From: Podarcis filfolensis
Lineage: Eukaryota
DNA: 64,000 nt
Direction: 5' to 3' (one strand)
Assembly: GCA_964270895.1 (NCBI GenBank)
Contig: OZ185446.1
The notes below the pieces were generated by a model, which was not told where the DNA came from, did not search any database, and worked only from the letters and a program-made list of their open reading frames with translations. Each line of letters opens with the position of its first letter. Position 1 is the stretch's first letter. The position numbers were made by a program, and so were the translations under genes. Below, piece after piece: positions 1 through 10,545 of this stretch.

Positions 1-2011
1 TTCTTTGCTGTAGCAGGCACATGGAAATACAGGCACTTTGTGAAGCATTTTTGTATGGTATGTCGAAAGTTATTGCCTCAAAATGCTCAAACTGGACTTT
101 GGGGGGATATTGCCATGCAGCGTACAGATGAATATTTGGCAGATCACAAACACTCCAATGACCCTGTTATGTTAATCGAAGTGCTCAGCTATGCCTTCTG
201 TAGGAAATGACACTCACCACTCCCTCTCCCTGTCCTTCCTCCTCTATCTAGAAAATTTCACTTCAGACTTTAAAGGACAGCAAAAACTGACCCAAGATAT
301 CCCTCTCATAAACTGCAGGCTCTGATATCCCAAAGGAGAATAGTTCTGCACATCTCCTCTCTCTTTAAACAGCAGCTCTTCACAAGCCCACATATCTGCA
401 GATGTGTTAAACTGTTCTTTATTTCACAACTTCTAAAACACACACACACACTTAGGACAATACAGATGGTTTAATACTGTACACTTGATTTAAATTGTCT
501 TCATGTCAGGCAATAATGCAGTCTTCCAAAATCATACAATTTTACCAGTCTATGCATAAAGTCACTTTAGCATGATAATAGGGAAAAATCAATGGTATTT
601 TACTTGTAAGGCTTTCCCTTCACCTTCTCCTTCACAAAAGTAGCAGCCCTGGGGCTAGTGGAGGAGGAGAATTTTGCAAAGCTGCATTTAATCTCCTTTC
701 AGTCTTAACAGTAGCCACAATTAGTTCCTTCTGCTACAGTTCTACCTGCTTATAGTGGATAATTGAAAAGCTTGGGATTCTGATAACCTGAACCATCTCG
801 TTTTTTACTCTGCTTTTTGAAATATATAAAAGCAAACCCAACAATCATTGATCAAAATCTGGAAAACATGTCATTTTAAATTAATCTAGATAACAAAAAC
901 ATCTAAGTTTAGGGGGATGTGCATATTTCTAAAGGGATAAAGCAGCCTGTCTTTTCCCTGGTTGTGTTGTCTGCTCAATTCTAGTTTTAACAACAGCCAT
1001 GCAGAAAGACCTCTGCATGCATGGTACTAAAAGATATGGCGAGGCCAGGATGAAGGTAAGGAGAACATGAGCATTTCTGCAGGATTTGTGCAGTGGTCTC
1101 TAGGTTAGCCAAACAGAAAAGTGGAAATGTATCAGTTCTGCCCTTGCAGCTAAAGTGATGCAAGAGAAACCGAATTCCAAAGGGATATAGCTATATTACC
1201 CGTGTTTTATAGCAACTAGGGTAATAGAGTTTGACTAAGTAGTATGTATGTGCACACAGAGAGATTAAGACGCTGTTTCTATAAAAACAAAGAATTCCAG
1301 AGAGTACTTGGGAAAGTTTGTCACCATAAAATAGTATTTTTAGATGCCACGGTGCCCATTGTTGTTCATAGACACGATATATATTGGAAATGCAGCACAT
1401 TCAAACAAGTTAAGAGGGGGAATTTTGGAAGGATTAGCTAGCAATCCGAAATTGAGGCTGGGGACCCTTAAAGCAGGAAGGAAGTGCCCCTGAAAGGAAT
1501 TCCTGTTCCAGGAGTTTGGGATCATCAGGGTGGGAGAGGAATCCCGCCGCATCAGCCAAGAAGAGAGAAACGGAATTCAACATCCCTTGAAATGCAAAAG
1601 AAGAGCCTGTTGCAGAAGAAATGCAGGTCGCATGTGTGCGTACACTCCCCCCCCCCCCGCCCGCCATCCCAAGCTGATCAAATTTCTAGGGCCAGGCTAG
1701 GTGATCGCAATCGTTTTTGTTTCACTCAGGCTTTAGACTCTTCCCAGCTGTTTCAGCTGCCTGGCTTCGTAAACACACGAGAGGATGCGGTGCGTGTGAC
1801 GGAGCGAGGAGCGGGAAAGTATAAATCCCGCTGCTCCTCAAGGTGTCACAGCGGCCTGAGGGAAATAAAGAGAGACTGACGGAAAACACGCGCGCGCGCG
1901 GCGCTGGGATCTCTCGGGAGCAGAAGAGTGTGTGATGCCATCGTTGTATAAGTTAACACGTGTAAGAGAGGAGGCGCACGGCTCGGGCCGGGCCTAGTCT
2001 GGCACTCGCAC

Positions 2012-2037
2012 CACACACACACACACACACACACACA
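2012..2037 (+). repeat. (CA)13 microsatellite
   Basis: Read directly. Confidence 0.95.
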
Positions 2038-2172
2038 AGAGCACGAGTCCCTTAAGGCAGGAGGAGCCCGGCAGCGGGAGTGTATATTTGTCACTTGGCC
2101 CTCCGCCCCAGGGGACACCCCCCCCACCTCGACCGCCCCCGTCACGCGCACGCTCTGACTGGGCAACAGCTC

Positions 2173-2195
2173 AAAAAAAAAAAAAAAAAAAAAAA
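2173..2195 (+). repeat. A23 homopolymer inside the CpG island
   Basis: Read directly; homopolymer length may be assembly-dependent. Confidence 0.9.
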
Positions 2196-2736
2196 CGGTT
2201 GAGAGCCAGCAGGGCAGCGCGCGACGCAGAACTTCGCCCAGCGAGCTCGTGTTCTGCTTTCGGCCCATGAGCCACCGCGGGGGAAAAGGAGGAGGAAAAG
2301 CGAGAGAGCGAAGGCTGCTGCTGCTGCCGCGTCGCGGGGCCTTCGCCGAGGAGGCGTTGCAGTGCGCCTGCGTGCAGCAGGCCCCTGCTTCTGTTGCCTT
2401 TTTCGCGTTGCTGTCTCTCTCTCCCTCGCCTTCTCTCTCTCTCCAACCCCCCCCACCCGAGTCCGTGCGGCTCGCAGGACTGTTGCCGCTGCCAGCAAGC
2501 CCTTAATTCCTTGCTGGAGATCTCCCAAGACGGACTGGGTACCTGCCCGGCCGAGCCGGCGCCCAGCGAGGAACTTGGAAGGAGCCCCTTATCCGCCGCT
2601 CGGCTGTTGCTGTTGCTGCCGCCGCCGCCGCCGCTGCCACCAGCGGCCATGGGTCCCACGTCCCTGCTATGGAGGCGGTACTGGCGGCGGCGGTGGCTGA
2701 GCGACTGAAGGCGGACTGCTGCGGGGCAAGAACTGA

Positions 2737-2760
2737 GGCGGCGGCGGCGGCGGCGGCGGC
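2737..2760 (+). repeat. (GGC)8 trinucleotide repeat just upstream of the start-codon acceptor
   Basis: Read directly; a complementary (GCC)5 run lies at 2618-2632. Confidence 0.95.
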
Positions 2761-2814
2761 CGGGGTCTCTCCGGTGCCGGGGGGTGTCGTGCTGACGGTG
2801 TTTTTAACCCTTAG

Positions 2815-2983
2815 ATGGTCTCTAGCGAGCCGCTGTTGCTGCCTGTGTCACTGGAGGGTGAGTTCTCCAATAGTATGAAGGAGATGATCGGCGGCTGCTG
2901 CGTTTGCTCCGACGAGAGGGGCTGGGCCGAGAATCCGCTGGTTTACTGCGACGGGCATGGCTGCAATGTCGCAGTGCATCAAG
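2815..2983 (+). CDS. MLLT10: MLLT10 coding exon 1 (169 nt): start codon and first half of PHD1
   Basis: Acceptor-like gctgac...tttttaacccttAG lies directly before ATG 2815. Translates MVSSEPLLL...CCVC...CDGHGC...HQ. Donor AAG|gtgagt, phase 1. Confidence 0.95.
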
Positions 2984-5900
2984 GTGAGTGAGACGGGCCT
3001 GCTTCGGCCAACCTCTCTTGGGTGGTGGTGGGGTGGGGGGTAAAGACACAGAGAGAGAGGGGGCCGGGGGGCTGCTTTCGGAGGCGTCTCTTTTTCCTCC
3101 CCCCCCCATGTCTCTTCTCTGTCTCTCACACACGCGTCACAAGTCACCACTTCATGGAGTGCGCCATCCACGTCTTTCCCCTCCTCGCTTGCAGGCGTGG
3201 GTCGCCTTCCCCCCGTCCCCCTGCCTCCTGTTAACTCTGTTGCTGGCTGTGTTCGTGGATGCTTAAAACTCAAGGAGGCGGGCCTGTTTTAGGAAAAGGG
3301 AGATGGGTGGACCCCCCTCCAAAGATGCTGAGGGCGGCCGGGCATGTGCTTTTGGAGGAGGGGTGGCCAGCAATGTCAGAAACAAGGTGTGCTATCCTTG
3401 TGTGTGAACGAGTAAGTTGCGTGTGTCGCCCTAGTCGTTACTTCCTCATCCTGTGTGAGTGCCTGCCCTTCCTTCCTTCCTCCGCCCTTAGTAGTGAAAG
3501 TAGGCAGGAAGGGAAAGGTACGGAGCAGTATCAAAACACTTCGACGTGAGCTTAAGAGAGTATGGGCAACGTGCGCTTTTTTGCTTTTAGCAAAATTGCC
3601 CCTGCCTGCTACGTCGGTATCCCTTTGCACTTTTTGGCACGTCCTCGAAAAGTCTTGCTCCTCCTCCTGTCTCCTAAACCTAGGTAAGAAGCCAAAAAAC
3701 GTGTTTGTCAAAGGGAGAGAGTTAGCTGTCATGTGACTGCCCCTTTCCTCCCGACTGCCTCTGCCGGAGCGTCCTTTGGCTGGATGGTGTCTGCTGGGTG
3801 AGGAGACTTCCTGTTTGTGGTAGGAGAGTGTTGGGGGAGGGGAGGAAAGGGACACTGTGGACTGACTTATCCTTTGATGGTAGATTTGTTTGGATTAGTG
3901 GAGGGAGAGCAGTTGGCTGGTGCCCAGCTGAGTGGCTGTGTTGCTGTTTTGCTTGCTATAATGAGCACAGTGTGTCTCTGCTTGTCTCTGATGATCTGTA
4001 TGAGTTTCCTTTACGTCTGGAATATGTTACTGTTGCGGTTGTAACTTAGAGTATGCGAGTACATACATGATAGCACAAAAGATCCAGCTGATCCAGATTG
4101 TTTTTTAATCCTATTTGTGAGAGGTGGCTGCAGGGCTACATAGTTTGTGACTAGTCAGAAGGAGCACTGGAGAATGGAATAAACTGTCATTCCTTCATGT
4201 GAACTTGTCTATCATGAAAATCTTCAGGAATTCTCTCCCACCCAAAGGGTGACACCTTGGAACTAATCTTTTTATGTTTCCAGTGTGCATGCGCATGTAC
4301 TTTTAATAGAATTTCAGGTCTGGGCTTACTATTTTTTGTTACAGCAAATGCCAAATCTTTAGAATTGCAACTGTGCACCTATGCATTTGATTCAGTGCAT
4401 TGAAAAAGGGGTCATGGTGTCTAGGTGAATAGATGCATGTGCTAGAGAAAGAGGAGGGATGGGACATTGTCCAAGTCAAGGGGCAATGTGAAACTTCAGC
4501 TCCCTTCTCATTTCACAAAAGCTTATGCGTGTTTAGAGGTATGAGATTTCATGTGAGCAACCAGGAAATGGGCCGCAGATGGTGACCTATTACAAAGTGG
4601 TGCAGATGTGCCCCATCCCCTTTCAGCATGACTATTGGATTGCAGAAAAACCTTAGTTTACGTGTACCCTACAGTATATTGTTTGTGGAATCCTCTGTAC
4701 TCTGTAAACTGAAATTGATATCTATATTTATAGTAAGTCTCAGTTTTTAATGAAAGTGAGAGACTGTGGCATCTGTGCTCTTATTCAGTTTCCCACACAT
4801 GCAGCTAACCCAGCTTTTTCTTCTGTTGATGTGGTTATGAGTTTGCAAAATCTTTAAGGCATAGTCTGAGAATAGGAAATAGGAAGTAAGTAAGAAATTG
4901 AAAGTGGAATAGGGAGACTTATAGGAGGAGTTACAGTACAAAAGTACTCATGTGAGACTAATATTGATTAGTGTATTTGTTTTGCTTTTAAATCACAGTT
5001 GCACTCTAGGTGTGTAATTTGATTCTGAAAAAGCACCAGAAAGCTTGATTCTGTGCATGTTTTCTCAGAGTAAATCCCATTTAGTTCAGTGGGGTTTACT
5101 CCCAAGTAAATGCACATATAATTTACATTATCTGAAAAATAGCTGCAAATGTCTGTTTTGTTATATCATTGTTTGGGTCTGCACTAGGGTCCTCAAAGTT
5201 ATTTGCAATAAGGCTTGGCTCTCTCTATGGAAATTAAATTAAATACTATGAATATACTGTGGGAAAATCAAAGTACTATTTCCTTTATATTTCAGGAAAG
5301 CTTTACTTGGGAAAACTTCACTCCCAAACTTCTATTATTGATTTCATGTGTACCAATAAACCTGTTGGAGGGAGCTAGACATCCATGGAGAAGAAACAGC
5401 TTAGGGCCCCCCTCTTCCTGTAGTAGCTACTATTTCCCCAGGGGACCTAGAAGCAAGGTGACTGTGCAGCCGGACAGTAGCGAGGAACAGCTGTCATTCC
5501 TTTAGTGCTCCAATCTTCAGTGACAGCATGTTATGTAAAGGAATCTGAAATTGTGGGAGACTTTTGTAGAGCTGTAGAAATAACGTGAGATGACACCTTA
5601 AAAAGGGAAACCAGAGCAATCTTCACCTGAATAGTTATTCCATTTGAATTGGTTCTCCTTGTGGGGAATGTACTTACACATGCAAAGTATGTGAACAGTA
5701 CAGAAATAAGTATCCCCTTCCTCTAAAGTAACTAACCCTCTTTGTTTATGTGATGGCAGCCTAGGACACGGAGACTAAGCATGGCATCTGATGGTGTCTT
5801 AACACTGAGGAGTAAATAGAGTAGGACATAAACATTTTCTTCTAGATAAGGAAAGGAGAGGGGTGCTAGCATGGAAATTTGCTTTAAGATAGCCAGTTAC

Positions 5901-7795
5901 TTTTGCACAACTTATGTATTAAGAGAGACCCTGTATTTTCTTTTTTGTTCTGGTTAGAGGCATCATGTGGTTTATTCCATCTTTTTGGACATGCTGACAA
6001 CACCAGTTCCCAAAATTTCTGAAATCACTTTGGCTAATTAGGTGATAGAAATATTCAGCTCTGTTTTGGAAAACATTCCCAATACACCCAAGATTTTTAT
6101 GAATTCAGATTCAGGAGCCACTGCAGTTGTGTTTGGTTGGGAGCTTCAGCCTATACTGCGAAGTGTATCTAAGGCCCCGTCTCATGCATACATATCTGGA
6201 AGTAAACCCAGTTTAATCCATGCAATTTAACTTCCAAGTAAATACACATAAGATCATACTGTGTGCTGTATAACTCAAGCTATCCAGAGATATAGTGCTG
6301 ATCTGATGCACTAATGAATTCTGAGTGCTCAAGTAGACTTCTATACGATCCGCTGTTCCAACTTAGTTTTGTTACATGCTCTCTGCTTGTGCACATATTC
6401 AGGGTATTTAGCTTTATGATGCAGTTGAATTCTGGACTATATAAAGCCCTGGGCTAGTTGATCTGTTTGCACAGTGGTCTCTGCAATATTAATTCCTAAG
6501 CTCAGTCATGCCTGTGACACATGGATTTAGAGAGACTTGCACATATGTAGCATTTCATCGTAAATCATGTGAGGGCAAATTGTTGAGGCTTAAGAGTATA
6601 AAAGGTATAAGCAGCATTGGCAAATGCTGATGGAAGGCAGTTTTGAGTACGTATACCTGTTTTGAGCTCCAGAATTTCTCACTTTAATTGTATAAAGCGC
6701 CATGTGCATTGATGGTGCTATATAAATAAATGTCAGTGATAATAATAATATGTACTTGAGTACAGATTTGACTTCTTAAGTTTCATTAATCAGGATGGGA
6801 CTGCACAGGTGTGCAGGGTTATTCACATTGCCTGAGTAGATAGACATGATAAGGACTGTAAAATGTTTAATTTCCTTGTTCTCTGGAGCAGTACATGGGT
6901 GTTTTCTATTGTATTTCTCTCACTTGTCCCCTCCTGCTACTTCTGCAGTCTTTCTTGGAATCTGAAATAGCTCATCTGCCTCTTGGGCCATTTAAGACCA
7001 GAAGAGACTGTCCCTGGCACACTTCCCAATATGGGAGAAATTACACTTTTGGCCCAAATGCCTATGGGAATGAGTACAGAGTGCTGCAGTTGGTGAGCAC
7101 TTTGTTGTAGGGATGGGTGTTTTCATTGGGTTTACACCTGATAAGCTTGTTGCTGCAGAATTAGAGCTTTGGATGGATATGCAGAGTCTACAAACAGCAG
7201 GTTTTGAGGAGCCATGGAATGAGAGCCAGACAAGAGAGGGATCAGGAACCGTGAAAAAAGTCTAAGGCACAAAGCATAAAGAGGAACCAGACCTCAGGAG
7301 TCAGAAGAGAGACAGTGCAGTCAGTTTATACCATACATGCAAAAGAAGAACCAACATCACAACTGATAGTAGCCAAGGTCACAGTTGGGTAGATTATTCA
7401 GAAGGACTGGGAGCAGGAACTGTGGAAAGAGTAAAAGGCATAACAGGAGGCAGGTCACAAGAGATGGAGGCTGAGAAGCACAATCAGGAGCTTAGGTATG
7501 CAAGGTCAAATGGATTATTTAACTTTAGACTTCAGATTTGGGTCTAATTGGGGGAGGCTTTATCTTCAGCAAAGTGTGAAACTAGAGAGGAGTCATGGAA
7601 AAGAGCAGGCACATAAGGGTGAACGCCTTCAAGTGCCAGTGATTCAGTGGCCACAGTTAACATACAATTGTAAGCTAAAAACCTTGGCTTATACACCATA
7701 CTGTGCAGGAGGTTTATGCTAGTGCATGCAGGCTGATTGCTGTCACTTAATTTCTTCTTTTGCATGAGCAAGTAAACAAACTAGGAAGGGTTAAC

Positions 7796-7931
7796 TTAGC
7801 ATTACTTCCAAACCTGGAATCGTGGGTTGTTTCTCCCTAACAAGCCAGGTCTGTAAACCAAGTATCTTGAACCAAACTTAAGTCAATTTTAAGCCAAGGT
7901 TTAACAATCCTGGGTTTGGATATAATGCTAA
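7796..7931. mobile_element. Small palindromic MITE-like element
   Basis: Imperfect terminal inverted repeats ttagcattacttccaaacc / ggtttggatataatgctaa. Confidence 0.5.
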
Positions 7932-8702
7932 CTCTCCTTTTCTCGGGTTTTGCACTCGCAGGAAGCATGGAGTGAAACAGAAGTAACTGGGCACATACAA
8001 CATGGGTTGTTTAGCCACAGTTCTTGGCTTATTGTTATGTGTGAGTGCAGCTATTGTTAAACAAGAATTCAGGTTCAAGATGAGACTGCATCTTTGGGCT
8101 AATGTGCTTTCTTCTGTGATAATGCTGCATATATCTTCTTTTGTGGTATATTAGATAACAAGAGTACTGATTAGAATCGGTCAGACTTTTGAGTGTAAAA
8201 ATGACTCTCCTTATGTTTTTGGATAGTGTTTTTATAGTGACACCTACATGTTGTTGTTAAATTTGGCAGTCTGCTCTGCAAGGCTGTTTTTATTTGTAAC
8301 ACAAAAAAATGCAATTTGTGTAATTGGAAATAATGGTAGTTTTGTCTTTGCTTTCAATAGGATGTGGATTGCACCCAGAATTATGCAAGTGTCGGTTATA
8401 AACTCATTTGGCTGTAAATGCCTTTTGAAATTAGTAGAATTTTCTTTCTTTACCATGCTTGACTGAATCCGGTCTCTTTGGTGCATGTATGTTGTGTGTG
8501 TCTGCATGCACATTTAGACCATAAGATTTGATACTATAGGAAATAGCCAGCCTTGGTTCAAGAAGCTCTGTAGGTTTGTCTTAGTCCACTTGTTTCTCCC
8601 CAGCATTCATTAATGGGCAAAAAAAGAGAGACACTTAACTTTCCCCCTTTTGACAGAAGTTAACAAATTCTGTAGGCATACTAGGTCCCTGTAGAGTGGA
8701 TA

Positions 8703-9056
8703 GTAAAGGTAAAGGGACCCCTGACCATTAGGTCCAGTCATGACCGACTCTGGGGTTGCGGCGCTCATCTCGCTTTATTGGCTGAGGGAGCCGGCGTACA
8801 GCTTCTGGGTCATGTGGCCAGCGTGACTAAGCCGCTTCTGGCAAACCAGAGCAGCACACGGAAACGCTGTTTACCTTCCCGCCGGAGCGGTACCTATTTA
8901 TCTACTTGCACTTTGACGTGCTTTCGAGCTGCTAGGTGGGCAGGAGCTGGGACTGAGCAACGGGAGGTCACCCTGTCGTGGGGATTCGAACCGCCGACCT
9001 TCTGATCAGCAAGTCCTAGGCTCTGTGGTTTAACCCACAGTGCCACTCGCATCCCT
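8703..9056 (-). mobile_element. Sauria-type SINE, full length
   Basis: Minus strand has a tRNA-like head with B box GGTTCGAATCC and a TTTACCTTTAC tail. 13-bp TSD TGTAGAGTGGATA at 8690-8702 and 9057-9069. About 90% similar by eye to the copy at 56845. Confidence 0.93.
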
Positions 9057-9906
9057 TGTAGAGTGGATAATGCTTGCTAAATTACAGGCAAACAGTGTTA
9101 GAAGCTTGGATAGAAAAGCTAGGAGCCAAATGGCTTCTGGGACCTGGGTTTTGGGTGCCAGAACAGAATGCTTAGTAGCTGGGGGGGGGGTCGGCAACAC
9201 TTTTTAATTATTATTTTGATAAGCATAAGAGACATATTGTTAATATCACATTTTTAGCAGGAAATTGTTAATACATGTTTAATTTGGTGTTGAAATAAAA
9301 CTATTAGTACTATACTTCAGTTTTCCAAACACTCTACTCTTTATTGTTAAACTTCTTAAGGAGTTAAGGATTGTCTATCCTTAACATATACTTCGAGGCT
9401 TCAAAGCACATACATTTCAGTAATCCTTGAGTGTCAGCCAGGCGCAAAAAATGGCACCTAGACTTTCTGAGGTGCTCGCAAATGGAGAATCTGTAGCTGC
9501 AAAATGTGCCGGGTGCCCTGCTAATTTCGAACCCTGCAGGCAAGTAGGTGGGATACACCTTATAAAAATGGATTTTGGCATAGGAATAACTAAAATGGGT
9601 TTGCTTTATGATTACAAGCTAGACCTGTCTTTTGTGAAGAAGCTATCCCACTCCATACTGAAGTCTTTCCTAAGCTTGGCGAGCTAAATTTCAATTTTGT
9701 AGTGTACCTGTTGCCCCTTCACCTCACAATTTGGCATTTTCCTTGTGTGGTAAGCATAGAAGCATAGCTTCAGTTTTAGTAGACATTTGTCTGCAGCATT
9801 CTTAAAAGGTCTGTATCACTGAGTCAATATGAAGTGGTTTAGGGTCCCTGCTTTAACTGGTGCAGACTTGCACAGGTCCTGTCATTACCCAGGTAAGCTT
9901 ATAATA

Positions 9907-10082
9907 CAGTGGTACCTCTGGTTGCAAACGGGATCTATTCCGGAGGCCCATTCGCAACCTGAAAAGAACGCAACCCGCGAGCAGCGAAACCCGGAAGTAA
10001 CCCTTTCCGGTACTTCCGGGTTGCCGTGGGACGCAACCTGAAAACGCGCAACCTGAAGCAAATGTAACATGAGGTATGACTG
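9907..10082. mobile_element. Tc1/mariner (pogo/Tigger-like) MITE
   Basis: TIRs CAGTGGTACCTC / GAGGTATGACTG, TA on both sides, internal inverted repeat aacccggaagta...tacttccgggtt. Confidence 0.85.
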
Positions 10083-10465
10083 TACTATTGAAGCATCACA
10101 TTTTAGCTTGGGGTTCTTCTGAATCCAATGCACAACCCTAAAATAAACTGATAACCTGTGATTTTTAGACAGATGAAATAAAATTTATTTATCCATTGAC
10201 CAAGGGCTCCCACAACATCCTCTCTTCCACCTCTCCCCCTGTTGAAGTTAGACTTGAAAGAAACATTCTATGGTAGCCAGTAGAATACATTCTGGTGTGT
10301 GCTTGGTTGAAATGTATGTGTGGTGCCCACATCAGTTTCTCCAGTTTGCAAATGTACTCTCAGAATGACCCTTGCACTTACCTATGTGTGTATTGCAGGA
10401 CTTTTTTTTTCTGTATAATATACGTATTTTTAATATGATTATTTGCCTCTTTTCTCCCAAAATAG

Positions 10466-10545
10466 CATGCTATGGAATTGTACAAGTACCTACTGGACCT
10501 TGGTTTTGTAGAAAATGTGAATCTCAGGAAAGAGCAGCTAGAGTG
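10466..10545 (+). CDS. MLLT10: MLLT10 coding exon 2 (80 nt): second half of PHD1
   Basis: aatAG|CA TGC TAT GGA... = (A)CYGIVQVPTGPWFCRKCESQERAARV; donor GTG|gtaagt. Confidence 0.97.

Larger units (their letters stand above)
1780..3300. promoter_or_regulatory. CpG island / MLLT10 promoter and 5' leader
   Basis: Sharp rise in GC and CpG against the AT-rich flanks, with (CG)6, GCC/GGC runs and GC boxes, spanning the first coding exon. Boundaries are approximate. Confidence 0.85.

Noticed and set aside
1-1600. Exons of the neighbouring gene (SKIDA1 lies upstream of MLLT10 in mammals)
   Set aside because: No recognisable coding or splice evidence here; synteny alone is not enough.
1846-3273. Many overlapping 100-160 aa ORFs on both strands in the CpG island
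   Set aside because: Low-complexity Ala/Arg/Gly/Pro translations of GC-rich and repeat sequence where stops are rare; no domain signal. Only the short Kozak-flanked uORFs were kept as hypotheses.
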